A DNA stretch of 40,733 nt from a virus (lineage: Duplodnaviria > Heunggongvirae > Uroviricota > Caudoviricetes). The notes beneath the pieces were generated by a model. The model ran no database searches. It worked only from the letters and a program-made list of their open reading frames with translations, and was not told the DNA's origin. Positions within the stretch are counted from its first letter, which is position 1; each line of letters starts with the position of its first letter. Where the stretch lies: the IMG/VR virus record IMGVR_UViG_3300045988_138709; one strand, written 5' to 3'. Below are positions 8,332 to 17,078 of the stretch, one piece after another. Made by a program: the position numbers and the translations under genes.

Positions 8332-8822
8332 TCATGAGTCTTTTGAATGAAGTTCAGAAATTCATTGAAGCCCATCCGGGGTGTACTTCCGGAGACATTG
8401 CGGATGCTTTTGCAGGTTACTCACGGCAGCGCGTTCTGCAGTCAGCAAGCAAGTTACGTCAGAGTGGGCGTGTGGCTCACCGTTGTGAAGGAGATACACG
8501 CAGACATTTCCCACGCCTGACTGAGAGAGCGCAGGAGCCAGAACCACAACCAGTTCGTGAAACCAGACCTGTGCGCAATTTCTATGTCGGCACTAACGAT
8601 CCCCGGGTGATTTTGTGCCTGACCCGCCAGGCGGAAGAACTGGAGTCCAGGGGCTTATACCGTCGTGCTGCAACGGTGTGGATGGCGGCATTCCGTGAAA
8701 GCCACTCCCAGCCAGAACGAAACAATTTTCTGGCGCGTCGTGAGCAGTGTTTACGGAAAAGCAGCAAGCGCGCTGTATCGGGTGATGAGTGGTATCTGTC
8801 AGGGAATTACGTGGGGGCTTAA
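8328..8822 (+). CDS. Hypothetical protein with winged-helix-like N-terminus
   Basis: 164-aa ORF, ATGA-coupled to the O-like gene. No helicase-loader motifs, so not a P/DnaC-like protein. Confidence 0.55.
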   Translation: MIMSLLNEVQKFIEAHPGCTSGDIADAFAGYSRQRVLQSASKLRQSGRVAHRCEGDTRRHFPRLTERAQEPEPQPVRETRPVRNFYVGTNDPRVILCLTRQAEELESRGLYRRAATVWMAAFRESHSQPERNNFLARREQCLRKSSKRAVSGDEWYLSGNYVGA

Positions 8823-9475
8823 TGAGTAATAAATATTGCCAGGAGCTGGTGGAACTGCGGAACAAACCAGCCCATGAACTGAAGGAAGTGGGTGATCAGT
8901 GGCGCACGCCGGACAACATTTTCTGGGGAATTAATACCCTGTTTGGCCCGTTTGTTCTGGATCTGTTCACTGACGGTGATAACGCCAAATGTGCTGCGTA
9001 TTACACGGCGGAAGACAACGCGCTGGCGCATGACTGGTCAGAACGTCTTGCGGAGCTTAAAGGGGCTGCCTTTGGTAATCCCCCATACAGCCGCGCCAGT
9101 CAGCATGAGGGGCAATACATCACCGGCATGCGTTACATCATGAAGCATGCCAGTGCCATGCGTGATAAAGGCGGGCGCTATGTTTTCCTGATCAAAGCTG
9201 CCACCAGCGAAGTGTGGTGGCCGGAAGATGCAGACCATATTGCTTTTATTCGCGGGCGTATTGGTTTTGAACTGCCTGTCTGGTTTATCCCGAAAGACGA
9301 GAAGCAGGTGCCGACAGGAGCGTTCTTCGCTGGTGCTATTGCTGTTTTCGATAAGACCTGGAAGGGACCGGCAATCAGCTACATCGGGCGCGATGAACTT
9401 GAGACATGTGGTGAGGCGTTTCTGGCGCAGGTTCGCCAGCAGGCGGAAAAACTGATCAGGGAGATGGCGGCATGA
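8822..9475 (+). CDS. Phage DNA N6-adenine methyltransferase (Dam-like)
   Basis: Motif ...FGNPPYS... (NPPY catalytic motif); start moved to ATG (MSNKYCQELV...), overlapping the upstream stop. Confidence 0.8.
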   Translation: MSNKYCQELVELRNKPAHELKEVGDQWRTPDNIFWGINTLFGPFVLDLFTDGDNAKCAAYYTAEDNALAHDWSERLAELKGAAFGNPPYSRASQHEGQYITGMRYIMKHASAMRDKGGRYVFLIKAATSEVWWPEDADHIAFIRGRIGFELPVWFIPKDEKQVPTGAFFAGAIAVFDKTWKGPAISYIGRDELETCGEAFLAQVRQQAEKLIREMAA

Positions 9476-9798
9476 CGACATTAACTCAATGCCAGCAGCA
9501 GGTGCTGGATATGCTGATTTCTTATCAGAAAGAACGTGGCTTCCCGCCAACCAATCAGGAGGTGGCTACCATGCTGGGATACCGTTCAGTGAATGCAGCG
9601 GTGGAGCATCTTCGCGCACTGGAGAAAAAAGGCGTCATCACGATAAAGCGTGGCGTGGCACGGGGGATAACGCTTCATACCGCGGTGAAGGACGACGACA
9701 GCGAGGCGGTCGGGATTATCCGCTCACTGCTTGCCGGTGAGGAAAACGCCAGGCTGCGTGCAGCCCACTGGTTACATGAGAGGGGCCTGAAAGTATGA
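9472..9798 (+). CDS. LexA N-terminal DNA-binding-domain protein (no peptidase domain)
   Basis: 108 aa; winged-HTH resembling the LexA DNA-binding domain (...NQEVATMLGYRSVNAAVEHLRALEKKGVITI...); ATGA-coupled. Confidence 0.55.
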   Translation: MTTLTQCQQQVLDMLISYQKERGFPPTNQEVATMLGYRSVNAAVEHLRALEKKGVITIKRGVARGITLHTAVKDDDSEAVGIIRSLLAGEENARLRAAHWLHERGLKV

Positions 9799-10184
9799 AG
9801 CTGATCCTGCCTTTTCCGCCCAGCGTGAACACGTACTGGCGACACCCCAACAAAGGGGCGTTTGCTGGTAAGAGCCTGATAAGCTCGGCGGGGCGAAAAT
9901 TCCAGAGCGCGGCGTGCGCAGCAATAGTTGAGCAGTTACGTCGTCTGCCGAAACCAACGTCGGCACCTGCTTCAGTGGAGATCGTGTTGTTTCCTCCGGA
10001 TAACAGGATCCGCGATCTGGACAACTATAACAAGGCGCTGTTTGACGCCCTGACCCACGCGGGGGTGTGGGAAGACGACAGTCAGGTGAAAAGAATGCTG
10101 GTGGAGTGGGGACCGGTTATCCCGGAAGGGAAGGTCGAGATCACTATCAGTAAGTACGAGAAAACGGCGGGTGCAGCCGCCTGA
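9795..10184 (+). CDS. rusA: RusA Holliday-junction resolvase
   Basis: 129 aa; MKLILPFPPSVNTYWR...RDLDNYNKALFDALTHAGVWEDDSQV matches RusA catalytic-core pattern. Confidence 0.9.
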   Translation: MKLILPFPPSVNTYWRHPNKGAFAGKSLISSAGRKFQSAACAAIVEQLRRLPKPTSAPASVEIVLFPPDNRIRDLDNYNKALFDALTHAGVWEDDSQVKRMLVEWGPVIPEGKVEITISKYEKTAGAAA

Positions 10185-10203
10185 TTAAGAGGAGAAACGA
10201 AGT

Positions 10204-11001
10204 ATGAATAATCTGATGGTTATTGATGGTATTGAAGTTCGTCGTGATGCTTATGGGCGTTACAGCCTGAACGATCTGCACAGGGCTGCTGGTTCTCTGG
10301 ATAAGCATAAGCCTGCATTCTGGCTCCGCAATGAGCAAACTGAGCGTTTAATAAGCGAGTTGCAGATTTGCAACTCGGTCAATATAGAGCCAGTTAACGT
10401 TATTCGTGGCGGAAATAACCAGGGGACGTATGTCTGCAAAGAACTGGTGTATGCCTATGCAATGTGGATCAGCCCGTCATTCCATCTGAAGGTGATCCGT
10501 ACTTTCGACATGGTAACCAGCGCACCGGAAAAATTATCCGGACAGGCTGCTGACAAGATGCAGGCTGGTGTGATTCTGCTGGACTTTATGCGCCGGGAAT
10601 TAAACCTGTCTAACTCTTCAGTGCTTGGTGCCTGCCAGAAACTCCAGGAGGCTGTTGGCTTACCGAATCTGGCACCGCGCTATGCCATTGATGCTCCTGC
10701 TGATGCACACGATGGCTCAAGTCGCCCCACGCTGTCTCTGAGTGCACTGCTGAGGCAGTATGGTATCCGCCTGACGGCTAATCAGGCATATCACCAGATG
10801 GTGAAGCTGGGGATCGTTGAACAACGCGAACGATACAGCCGTACCGCGATTAACAACATCAAAAAATTCTGGTCGCTGACGGCGAAAGGCTGCATGTTCG
10901 GCAAGAACATCACCAGTCCTGCAAATCCGCGCGAGACGCAGCCGCATTTCTTCGAATCCCGATTCCCTGAGCTGTTAAAACTGCTCGATACCGTTCATTG
11001 A
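10204..11001 (+). CDS. KilA-N domain protein
   Basis: N-terminus MVIDGIEVRRDAYGRYSLNDLHRAAG...KPAFWLRNEQTERLI typical of the KilA-N DNA-binding domain; C-terminal domain unassigned. Confidence 0.75.
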   Translation: MNNLMVIDGIEVRRDAYGRYSLNDLHRAAGSLDKHKPAFWLRNEQTERLISELQICNSVNIEPVNVIRGGNNQGTYVCKELVYAYAMWISPSFHLKVIRTFDMVTSAPEKLSGQAADKMQAGVILLDFMRRELNLSNSSVLGACQKLQEAVGLPNLAPRYAIDAPADAHDGSSRPTLSLSALLRQYGIRLTANQAYHQMVKLGIVEQRERYSRTAINNIKKFWSLTAKGCMFGKNITSPANPRETQPHFFESRFPELLKLLDTVH

Positions 11002-11002
11002 G

Positions 11003-11998
11003 GTGACCGTGAGAGCACTACTGACCCCTGAAATTGCCCCGCGTATGGGGATTGTATTGTTCAGGCCAGGTTCAGAGCTGATGCCCCTGTTTATGCAGGG
11101 GCGTGTCCTGCTGGAGCCTGAGCCGGAACGTTATTCATCTTTCGCCAGTGGTGCCGTTCCGGCGGCATCACAACCGCTGGCGGATGATCCTGCCGTTCGG
11201 GCCGTGTTCCGCAATGAGGCAGTGATCCGTCGTGCTGGTGGCGTGGAATGTCTTGAAAGCTGGTTACTTCGTGAAAAGGGCTGTCAGTGGCCTCATTCCG
11301 ACTGGCACAGCGAGAACATGACCACAATGCGGCACGCTCCGGGAGCAATTCGTCTGTGCTGGCACTGCGATAACCAGCTGCGTGACCAGTTCACGGAACG
11401 GCTGGAATCAATGGCAACGGATAACTGTGCCCGCTGGGTGTTGTCTGTTGTGCGTCGGGATCTCGGTTTTGATGATAGTCACGTTGTGACAATGCCGGAA
11501 CTGTGCTGGTGGCTGATTCGTAATGACCTGGCGGATGCCTTACCGGAAAGTGCAGCCCGTAAGGCACTGAGATTACCAAAGCCTATTGTGCCGTCTGTCA
11601 CCCGGGAAAGTGACCTTGTGCCTTCGGTTCCTGCCACCAGCATCATCCAGGATAAGGCGAAAAAGGTGCTGGCGCTGAAAGTGGATCCGGAGTCGCCGGA
11701 GTCTTTTATGTTACGCCCAAAACGTCGCCGCTGGGTTAATGAAAAGTACACGCGCTGGGTTAAGACACAGCCGTGTGCATGTTGTGGAAAGCCCGCTGAT
11801 GATCCCCACCACCTGATAGGTTACGGTCAGGGTGGAATGGGAACAAAAGCGCATGACCTTTTTGTGTTGCCTTTGTGCAGAAAGCATCACGACGAGCTGC
11901 ATGCGGATACCGTGGCATTTGAAGAAAAGTATGGCTCCCAGCTGGAGCTGATATTTCGTTTTATCGATCGCGCGCTGGCAATTGGCGTGCTGGCCTGA
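11003..11998 (+). CDS. DUF968-like protein with C-terminal Cys/His (HNH-like) cluster
   Basis: 331 aa; C-terminal ...CACCGKPADDPHHL...CRKHHDELH...; common in lambdoid nin regions (recall). Confidence 0.65.
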   Translation: MTVRALLTPEIAPRMGIVLFRPGSELMPLFMQGRVLLEPEPERYSSFASGAVPAASQPLADDPAVRAVFRNEAVIRRAGGVECLESWLLREKGCQWPHSDWHSENMTTMRHAPGAIRLCWHCDNQLRDQFTERLESMATDNCARWVLSVVRRDLGFDDSHVVTMPELCWWLIRNDLADALPESAARKALRLPKPIVPSVTRESDLVPSVPATSIIQDKAKKVLALKVDPESPESFMLRPKRRRWVNEKYTRWVKTQPCACCGKPADDPHHLIGYGQGGMGTKAHDLFVLPLCRKHHDELHADTVAFEEKYGSQLELIFRFIDRALAIGVLA

Positions 11999-12013
11999 TT
12001 TTTTCGGAGAAAG

Positions 12014-12382
12014 GTGATGCGTGATATTCAGATGGTTCTTGAGCGTTGGGGGGCATGGGCGGCGAGTGACAGTTCAGGAGTAGACTATTCGCCTATAGCT
12101 GCTGGGTTTAAGGGACTTCTTCCCTATACAAGCAAAACACGTCAGGCTTGTTCAGATAGTGATGCATTAATTATTGAAGGTTGTCTTGCTCGTCTAAAGC
12201 AAAAAAGGCCAGACGAACATTCGCTTCTTGTTGCCCATTACCTATACGGTATCTCTAAAAGAAAGCTCGCCAAAGCTCGTAAAAAGGATGAGAAACTAAT
12301 ACGCATTGAGATACAGATGGCTGAGGGGTTTATTGAAGGCTGTCTCTCAATGCTTGATCTTTGTTTGGAAATGGACCAATAG
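12014..12382 (+). CDS. Q: Late antiterminator Q (phage-82-type Q family)
   Basis: 122 aa; MRDIQMVLERWGAWAA...IAAGFKGL...CLARLK... strongly resembles 82-type Q proteins (recall). Confidence 0.85.
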   Translation: MMRDIQMVLERWGAWAASDSSGVDYSPIAAGFKGLLPYTSKTRQACSDSDALIIEGCLARLKQKRPDEHSLLVAHYLYGISKRKLAKARKKDEKLIRIEIQMAEGFIEGCLSMLDLCLEMDQ

Positions 12383-12405
12383 ACTACAAGAATAGCAACT
12401 GCCGC

Positions 12406-12828
12406 TCAGCTTTGCGGATCGGCAGTTTCTGATGGTGTAATGTTACGCGCAGATGTTTCAAGTATAGATTCCCTTCCGATTGATACCAAAATTTCGATTG
12501 TTCTTGCTTTAGCCTGCATCAATGTTGATTTTATTTCAGGACTTAAGTGGTCAGATCGTAACTGCTTCTCAATCTCAGCCAAATCACGCTTGCATTTTGC
12601 TCTTTTGGCTGCGTCTTCTGGAGATTCGAAACCATGTCTCGAAATGAACCAATTCATGACGTAAGTTAAAGTTGCCGCAACACCCGGTACTAATGCGTAG
12701 GCTACAGTTCGCCACACGCTATTAGGGTCGGTTAAAATCGCGCTAACAAGAACACTTAAAATTGCTCCCCAACCACCAGTTGAAAGGGTAGCTTTTCCTG
12801 TGCTTAGACCTTTAGTTTGAGAATTCAT
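12406..12828 (-). CDS. Cassette gene 3: predicted membrane protein (two N-terminal TM helices plus charged helical tail)
   Basis: 140 aa; hydrophobic segments GGWGAILSVLVSAIL and VAYALVPGVAATLTYVMNWFI; ATG start; ATGA-coupled to cassette gene 2. Confidence 0.6.
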   Translation of the reverse strand: MNSQTKGLSTGKATLSTGGWGAILSVLVSAILTDPNSVWRTVAYALVPGVAATLTYVMNWFISRHGFESPEDAAKRAKCKRDLAEIEKQLRSDHLSPEIKSTLMQAKARTIEILVSIGRESILETSARNITPSETADPQS

Positions 12829-13094
12829 TTTCGTTTTGAATTCTCCGCAATTGCCTCATCAATGAGGGTTGTTAGCATTTTTCCCTTTTTACTTGGAACT
12901 TTTATTACTAGCGTTTTGGTCACTCCGGAATCTTCATCGTGATATCGGAATTCGAAGACTTTTGTAGGGAATAGTCGACGCCAAAGCAAGGCTGACGCTG
13001 AATAGCAAAAACGACTAAAGGCAGGGATGATCATTATCACCCCTATCCAGAAGATCAGTTGTGCTATCTGCATGTTTAGTGTCACTTTTGTCAA
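12825..13094 (-). CDS. Cassette gene 2: small single-pass membrane protein
   Basis: 89-aa ORF (possible TTG start; in-frame ATG 7 codons in); TM segment IAQLIFWIGVIMIIPAF; stop overlaps gene 3 start. Confidence 0.5.
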   Translation of the reverse strand: MTKVTLNMQIAQLIFWIGVIMIIPAFSRFCYSASALLWRRLFPTKVFEFRYHDEDSGVTKTLVIKVPSKKGKMLTTLIDEAIAENSKRK

Positions 13095-13960
13095 GCCTCA
13101 GCAGGGCGTTTTCGTTTTACTTTGGTTATAGCATACTTGGTTGTGGCATTTCGCGCAGTGAAAGTTTTTATAGTTTTTAGCTCAACAACAAACAAATCTT
13201 CTTTTGTAAAACTGATGATTCCGTTTTGAACTTGGTGTATAAACAACTGATCTTCAAAGGTAACAGCATGCTCTTCGCCTAAATAATCGATTCTCCAACC
13301 CTTTGTACCCTCGAAGTTGATCTGTACGAATCTAACATTGACTTCTTCTACAGACTCTTCTTTTTCAAGTAGTGTGCCTCTAGGCAGCGGTTTGATCTCT
13401 TCGGTTTCACTTCCTTCAAGACGAACGACTTCTTCGCCTTCATCATTCAGCACCTTAAATACTGCTCCTTGTTTGCCGTCTAATGGTGCACGAACTACAT
13501 TCACAAGGGCATCACGGACTTCTGGATCTGTTACTAACTTAGCCACTGAGTCATGGCAAACAATTTCTTCCCCTTCAAGCTCAAGAACAGATTCTTCTGT
13601 TCCTGCCCGTTTTGTTACCGAAATTACTTTCTTGCTGCCCAGTTGGCGGATTAGTGATAATGCTGGAGCTCCAATAGTAGCCCCGGCTATCCCTGTTAGG
13701 CCAATCACTTTTGCTACGTCGACGGCATGAGGAACAAGCTCCATCATCGTATAGGATACGCCGAGTGATCCCGCTTCAGCTGGATTAGTAACCATTAACT
13801 TAACGGTTTGTTGGCCGTCATTAAGTCTTTTATCAGCTGCTGATATTAAATCTGCCATCGAACCTATGGAAATGCTTAATGTTTTGGCATCAATTTTATG
13901 CTGTGCTAATTCATTATCCTCTGCATCGTAGAAGATCTGAAAAGAAGTTGTTTTAGTCAC
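13091..13960 (-). CDS. Cassette gene 1: hypothetical 289-aa protein (acidic linker, one hydrophobic segment)
   Basis: Long ORF with probable GTG start; no catalytic motif recognised; hydrophobic stretch VAKVIGLTGIAGATIGAPALSLI; stop overlaps gene 2 start. Confidence 0.6.
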   Translation of the reverse strand: MTKTTSFQIFYDAEDNELAQHKIDAKTLSISIGSMADLISAADKRLNDGQQTVKLMVTNPAEAGSLGVSYTMMELVPHAVDVAKVIGLTGIAGATIGAPALSLIRQLGSKKVISVTKRAGTEESVLELEGEEIVCHDSVAKLVTDPEVRDALVNVVRAPLDGKQGAVFKVLNDEGEEVVRLEGSETEEIKPLPRGTLLEKEESVEEVNVRFVQINFEGTKGWRIDYLGEEHAVTFEDQLFIHQVQNGIISFTKEDLFVVELKTIKTFTARNATTKYAITKVKRKRPAEA

Positions 13961-14082
13961 TCTTTGCTCGCTATGTCTTGATTTTTTTCCACAAAATACC
14001 TTTTTTTGGTGTAAAAAACATTATCGCGGTCCGCAAAAATTGCGTTACTGTGTTAAGAGTGATTACTTCGTCACACAGCTTA

Positions 14083-14108
14083 AACCCGCCGTCGAGCGGG
14101 TTTTTTTA
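14083..14108 (+). terminator. Intrinsic terminator (tR'-like) downstream of Q
   Basis: AACCCGC-CGTCGA-GCGGGTT followed by a T7 run. Confidence 0.5.
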
Positions 14109-14230
14109 TACCTGTAAACCTGGTGCAGTACGGTAAACACGCTGGTGGTCGTGAATACTGACTTTTTATCTTGCTGGCTTTTTAGACAAGAGTTATTGGT
14201 ATGTCATGTTAACCATGAAGGTAAAAAGAC

Positions 14231-14425
14231 ATGCTAAAACAGCAAGATATGACAGAAACGGCGAAAGTTGTTTTTAATGAATTAAACGGCAAACCGGCAA
14301 CAGTCGGGGAGATAGCACAAAACACATACCTTTCACGCGAACGCTGTCAGTTAATACTGACCCAGCTGGTTATGGCGGGGCTGGCAGATTACCAGTTCGG
14401 CTGTTACAGACGCCTTCAGCAATGA
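14231..14425 (+). CDS. Small hypothetical protein (possible winged-helix)
   Basis: 64-aa ORF with ATG and AAGGTAAAAAG upstream; precedes the methyltransferase. Confidence 0.4.
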   Translation: MLKQQDMTETAKVVFNELNGKPATVGEIAQNTYLSRERCQLILTQLVMAGLADYQFGCYRRLQQ

Positions 14426-14574
14426 AGGGCTTTTAATTTGTGAAAATGGGCGGCTGGTGGGTGTTGGTAGCACCTGCCAGCCATTCGCTCATGCTTACTG
14501 GTCACAAGCGAACCATGGCCCACTGCTTTAGCGCAAAAGCAGAGTGAGCCTACCAGAGTTACGCTTACTGATCC

Positions 14575-15627
14575 ATGAAAAATACTGTAAAAATAAACAG
14601 TGTTGATTTAATCAACGCTGATTGCCTGCATTTTATTCAGTCCCTGCCTGATGACTCCATTGATCTGATTGTTACCGATCCGCCGTACTTCAAAGTGAAG
14701 CCCAACGGCTGGGACAATCAGTGGAAAGGGGACGAAGATTACCTGAAGTGGCTGGACCACTGTCTGGCCCAGTTCTGGCGGGTACTGAAACCAGCCGGAA
14801 GCCTTTACCTGTTCTGTGGACATCGCCTGGCATCTGATATCGAGATCATGATGCGTGAACGTTTCAACGTTCTTAACCATATCATCTGGGCGAAGCCGTC
14901 CGGACGATGGAACGGGTGTAATAAAGAAAGCCTGCGGGCATATTTCCCCGCTACAGAGCGCGTTCTGTTTGCTGAACATTACCAGGGGCCATATCGCGGC
15001 AAAAGTGACGATTATGCGGCAAAAGAAAGGGAACTCAAACAGCACATAATGGCACCGCTGATTTCGTATTTCAGGGATGCTCGTGCCGAACTGGGTATAA
15101 CGGCAAAACAGATTGCCGAAGCCACTGGTAAGAAAAATATGGTTTCCCACTGGTTTGGTGCCAGTCAGTGGCAGTTGCCGAATGAGGCTGACTACCGGAA
15201 GTTGCAGGCACTGTTTTCCCGTATAGCGGCAGATAAATTTCAGGAACAACAACTGGAACAACCACACCACCAGCTGGTGGCATCTTATGATTCACTGAAT
15301 CGCAAATATTCTGAATTGCTGGATGAGTTTAAAACTCTCCGGCGCTATTTCTCCGTATCAGTTTCCGTGCCTTATACCGACGTCTGGACGCATAAACCCG
15401 TTCAGTTCTACCCGGGTAAACATCCGTGTGAGAAGCCTGCGGATATGCTCCGGCAAATAATCAGTGCCAGTAGTCGACAAGGCGATCTGGTTGCTGATTT
15501 CTTTATGGGATCCGGTTCCACAATAAAAGCGGCAATGGCGCTGGGGCGTCGGGCGTTAGGTGTTGAACTTGAGTCAGAGCGGTTTAATCAGACGGTGAAA
15601 GAGGTAAGTGAACTGGTGGGGAAATAA
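14575..15627 (+). CDS. DNA methyltransferase (N6-adenine/N4-cytosine class; DPPY then FxGSGS order)
   Basis: 350 aa; N-terminal ...LIVTDPPYF... and C-terminal ...DFFMGSGST...; no adjacent restriction endonuclease seen. Confidence 0.85.
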   Translation: MKNTVKINSVDLINADCLHFIQSLPDDSIDLIVTDPPYFKVKPNGWDNQWKGDEDYLKWLDHCLAQFWRVLKPAGSLYLFCGHRLASDIEIMMRERFNVLNHIIWAKPSGRWNGCNKESLRAYFPATERVLFAEHYQGPYRGKSDDYAAKERELKQHIMAPLISYFRDARAELGITAKQIAEATGKKNMVSHWFGASQWQLPNEADYRKLQALFSRIAADKFQEQQLEQPHHQLVASYDSLNRKYSELLDEFKTLRRYFSVSVSVPYTDVWTHKPVQFYPGKHPCEKPADMLRQIISASSRQGDLVADFFMGSGSTIKAAMALGRRALGVELESERFNQTVKEVSELVGK

Positions 15628-15634
15628 TTCTGGT

Positions 15635-15660
15635 GGCCACGTTGCGTGGCCTTTTTATTT
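15635..15660 (+). terminator. Intrinsic terminator between methyltransferase and holin
   Basis: GGCCACG-TTG-CGTGGCC followed by TTTTTATTT. Confidence 0.55.
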
Positions 15661-15703
15661 CCAACACAGCACCCGCAAATATCGCGAGGTGAGAGATGAC
15701 GAA

Positions 15704-16039
15704 ATGCCTCATAACCCAAATACCTGGCCGGACTGGCTGGAGTTGTTTCAGAGCTGGTGGCGTGGAGATACGCCGCTGGGCGCAGTGATTATGTCGATTG
15801 TTATGGCTGGTTTGCGTATTGCCTATTTTGGTGGTGGTGGCGGCTGGAAACGAAAAACACTCGAAATTTTGCTCTGTGGCGCTCTGACGCTGACCTTTGC
15901 ATCCGCTCTTGAGTATGTCGGATGGCCTAAATCGCTTTCTGTTGCCATTGGTGGTGGGGTGGGGCTGATCGGGGTCGATGCAATTCGTGGGGCTGCAATG
16001 CGAGTAATCGGTAATAAGTTTGGTAGTTCTAAGGAGTAA
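15704..16039 (+). CDS. Holin (three predicted TM segments)
   Basis: Start at ATG with GAGGTGAG RBS, downstream of the terminator; hydrophobic segments LGAVIMSIVMAGLRIAYF, TLEILLCGALTLTFASALEYV and LSVAIGGGVGLIGV; directly precedes the endolysin. Confidence 0.7.
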   Translation: MPHNPNTWPDWLELFQSWWRGDTPLGAVIMSIVMAGLRIAYFGGGGGWKRKTLEILLCGALTLTFASALEYVGWPKSLSVAIGGGVGLIGVDAIRGAAMRVIGNKFGSSKE

Positions 16040-16042
16040 TTT

Positions 16043-16519
16043 ATGCAGGTACTAAATTCCCAGCGTAAAGCTTTCCTTGATATGGTGGCTTGGTCAGAAG
16101 GAACGGATAACGGACGACAACCGACACGTAACCACGGTTATGACGTTATTGTCGGTGGTGAACTCTTCACTGATTACTCCGATCACCCTCGCAAACTTGT
16201 CACGCTAAACCCGAAACTCAAGTCAACAGCCGCCGGACGTTACCAGCTTCTTTCACGCTGGTGGGATGCTTACCGTAAACAGCTTGGCCTGAAAGATTTT
16301 TCTCCAGAAAGCCAGGACGCTGTAGCTCTGCAGCAGATTAAAGAGCGTGGCGCTTTACCGATGATTGACCGTGGCAATATTCGTCAGGCAATCGACCGTT
16401 GCAGCAATATCTGGGCGTCGTTACCTGGTGCAGGTTATGGTCAGTATGAACATAAAATCAGTGACCTGATTGCACGGTTTGAAGAGGCTGGTGGGGTGGT
16501 AAATGAAGTTGAGCTATAA
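16043..16519 (+). CDS. R: Endolysin, lambda R-type lytic transglycosylase
   Basis: 158 aa; near-collinear with lambda R (...NSQRKAFLDMVAWSEGTDNGRQPTRNHGYDVIVGGELFTDYSDHPRKLVTLNPKLKSTAAGRYQLL...), from recall. Confidence 0.9.
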   Translation: MQVLNSQRKAFLDMVAWSEGTDNGRQPTRNHGYDVIVGGELFTDYSDHPRKLVTLNPKLKSTAAGRYQLLSRWWDAYRKQLGLKDFSPESQDAVALQQIKERGALPMIDRGNIRQAIDRCSNIWASLPGAGYGQYEHKISDLIARFEEAGGVVNEVEL

Positions 16520-16895
16520 GCTGGTTATCGCTGCATTCTTCTTTACTGTCATCGGTTCTTTCATCTGGTCTGCCAACCACTACTACAGCAAATATCAGCA
16601 CGAAAAGAAACGTGCTGATGAGGCTGTACAAAATGCCAAATCGGCAACTGTCATTACCAATAACGTCCTGCAATCACTGCAAATCGTCAATACAGTTCTG
16701 GAGGCTAACCAGCATGCAAAACAGCAGATCACACTGGAGTCACAGAGAACCCAGGAAGATATCAAAGTGGCTGTTGCGGATGATGATTGTGCTTCACGTC
16801 CTGTGCCTGCTGCCGCTGCTGACCGGTTGCGGAAGTACGCGAACAGTTTACGTGCCTATTCCGGCGGTACCGTTGCCAGCAAGCCTGACTACTGA
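16503..16895 (+). CDS. Rz: Rz-like i-spanin
   Basis: N-terminal TM anchor (LVIAAFFFTVIGSFIWSA) then coiled-coil-like region; follows the endolysin. Confidence 0.7.
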   Translation: MKLSYKLVIAAFFFTVIGSFIWSANHYYSKYQHEKKRADEAVQNAKSATVITNNVLQSLQIVNTVLEANQHAKQQITLESQRTQEDIKVAVADDDCASRPVPAAAADRLRKYANSLRAYSGGTVASKPDY

Positions 16896-17052
16896 AACTC
16901 CCCAGCCAGTTATTCCCGATCCTCTGACCTATGGGGCCAGCCTGGATCTGAATGTGAGCCTGCTTTCGGCGTTGGGACAATGCAATATTGACAAAGCGGG
17001 GATTAGAAGTATCGAGATGCGCCGTAACGTTTTGCTGGCAGCAGGCAAATAG
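16780..17052 (+). CDS. Rz1: Rz1-like o-spanin lipoprotein, overlapping Rz in another frame
   Basis: Internal start MMIVLHVLCLLPLLTGCGS with lipobox LTGC, Pro-rich mature part; starts inside Rz and extends past its stop. Confidence 0.6.
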   Translation: MMIVLHVLCLLPLLTGCGSTRTVYVPIPAVPLPASLTTETPQPVIPDPLTYGASLDLNVSLLSALGQCNIDKAGIRSIEMRRNVLLAAGK

Positions 17053-17078
17053 TCTGGACAAAGAACAGGAATATATTT

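Noticed and set aside
12383-14574. Shiga-toxin or tRNA morons in the Q-to-lysis interval
   Set aside because: No stxA/stxB-like ORFs (no AB5 signal-peptide proteins) and no tRNA-like cloverleaf noticed; the interval instead holds the antisense cassette and a methyltransferase.
14608-15295. Minus-strand ORFs antisense to the methyltransferase (14608..15270, 15071..15295)
   Set aside because: Entirely contained within a strongly supported + strand gene; no motifs or RBS.
15608-15703. N-terminal extension of the holin ORF
   Set aside because: The extension overlaps the methyltransferase 3' end and contains an intrinsic terminator; the ATG at 15704 has a strong RBS.
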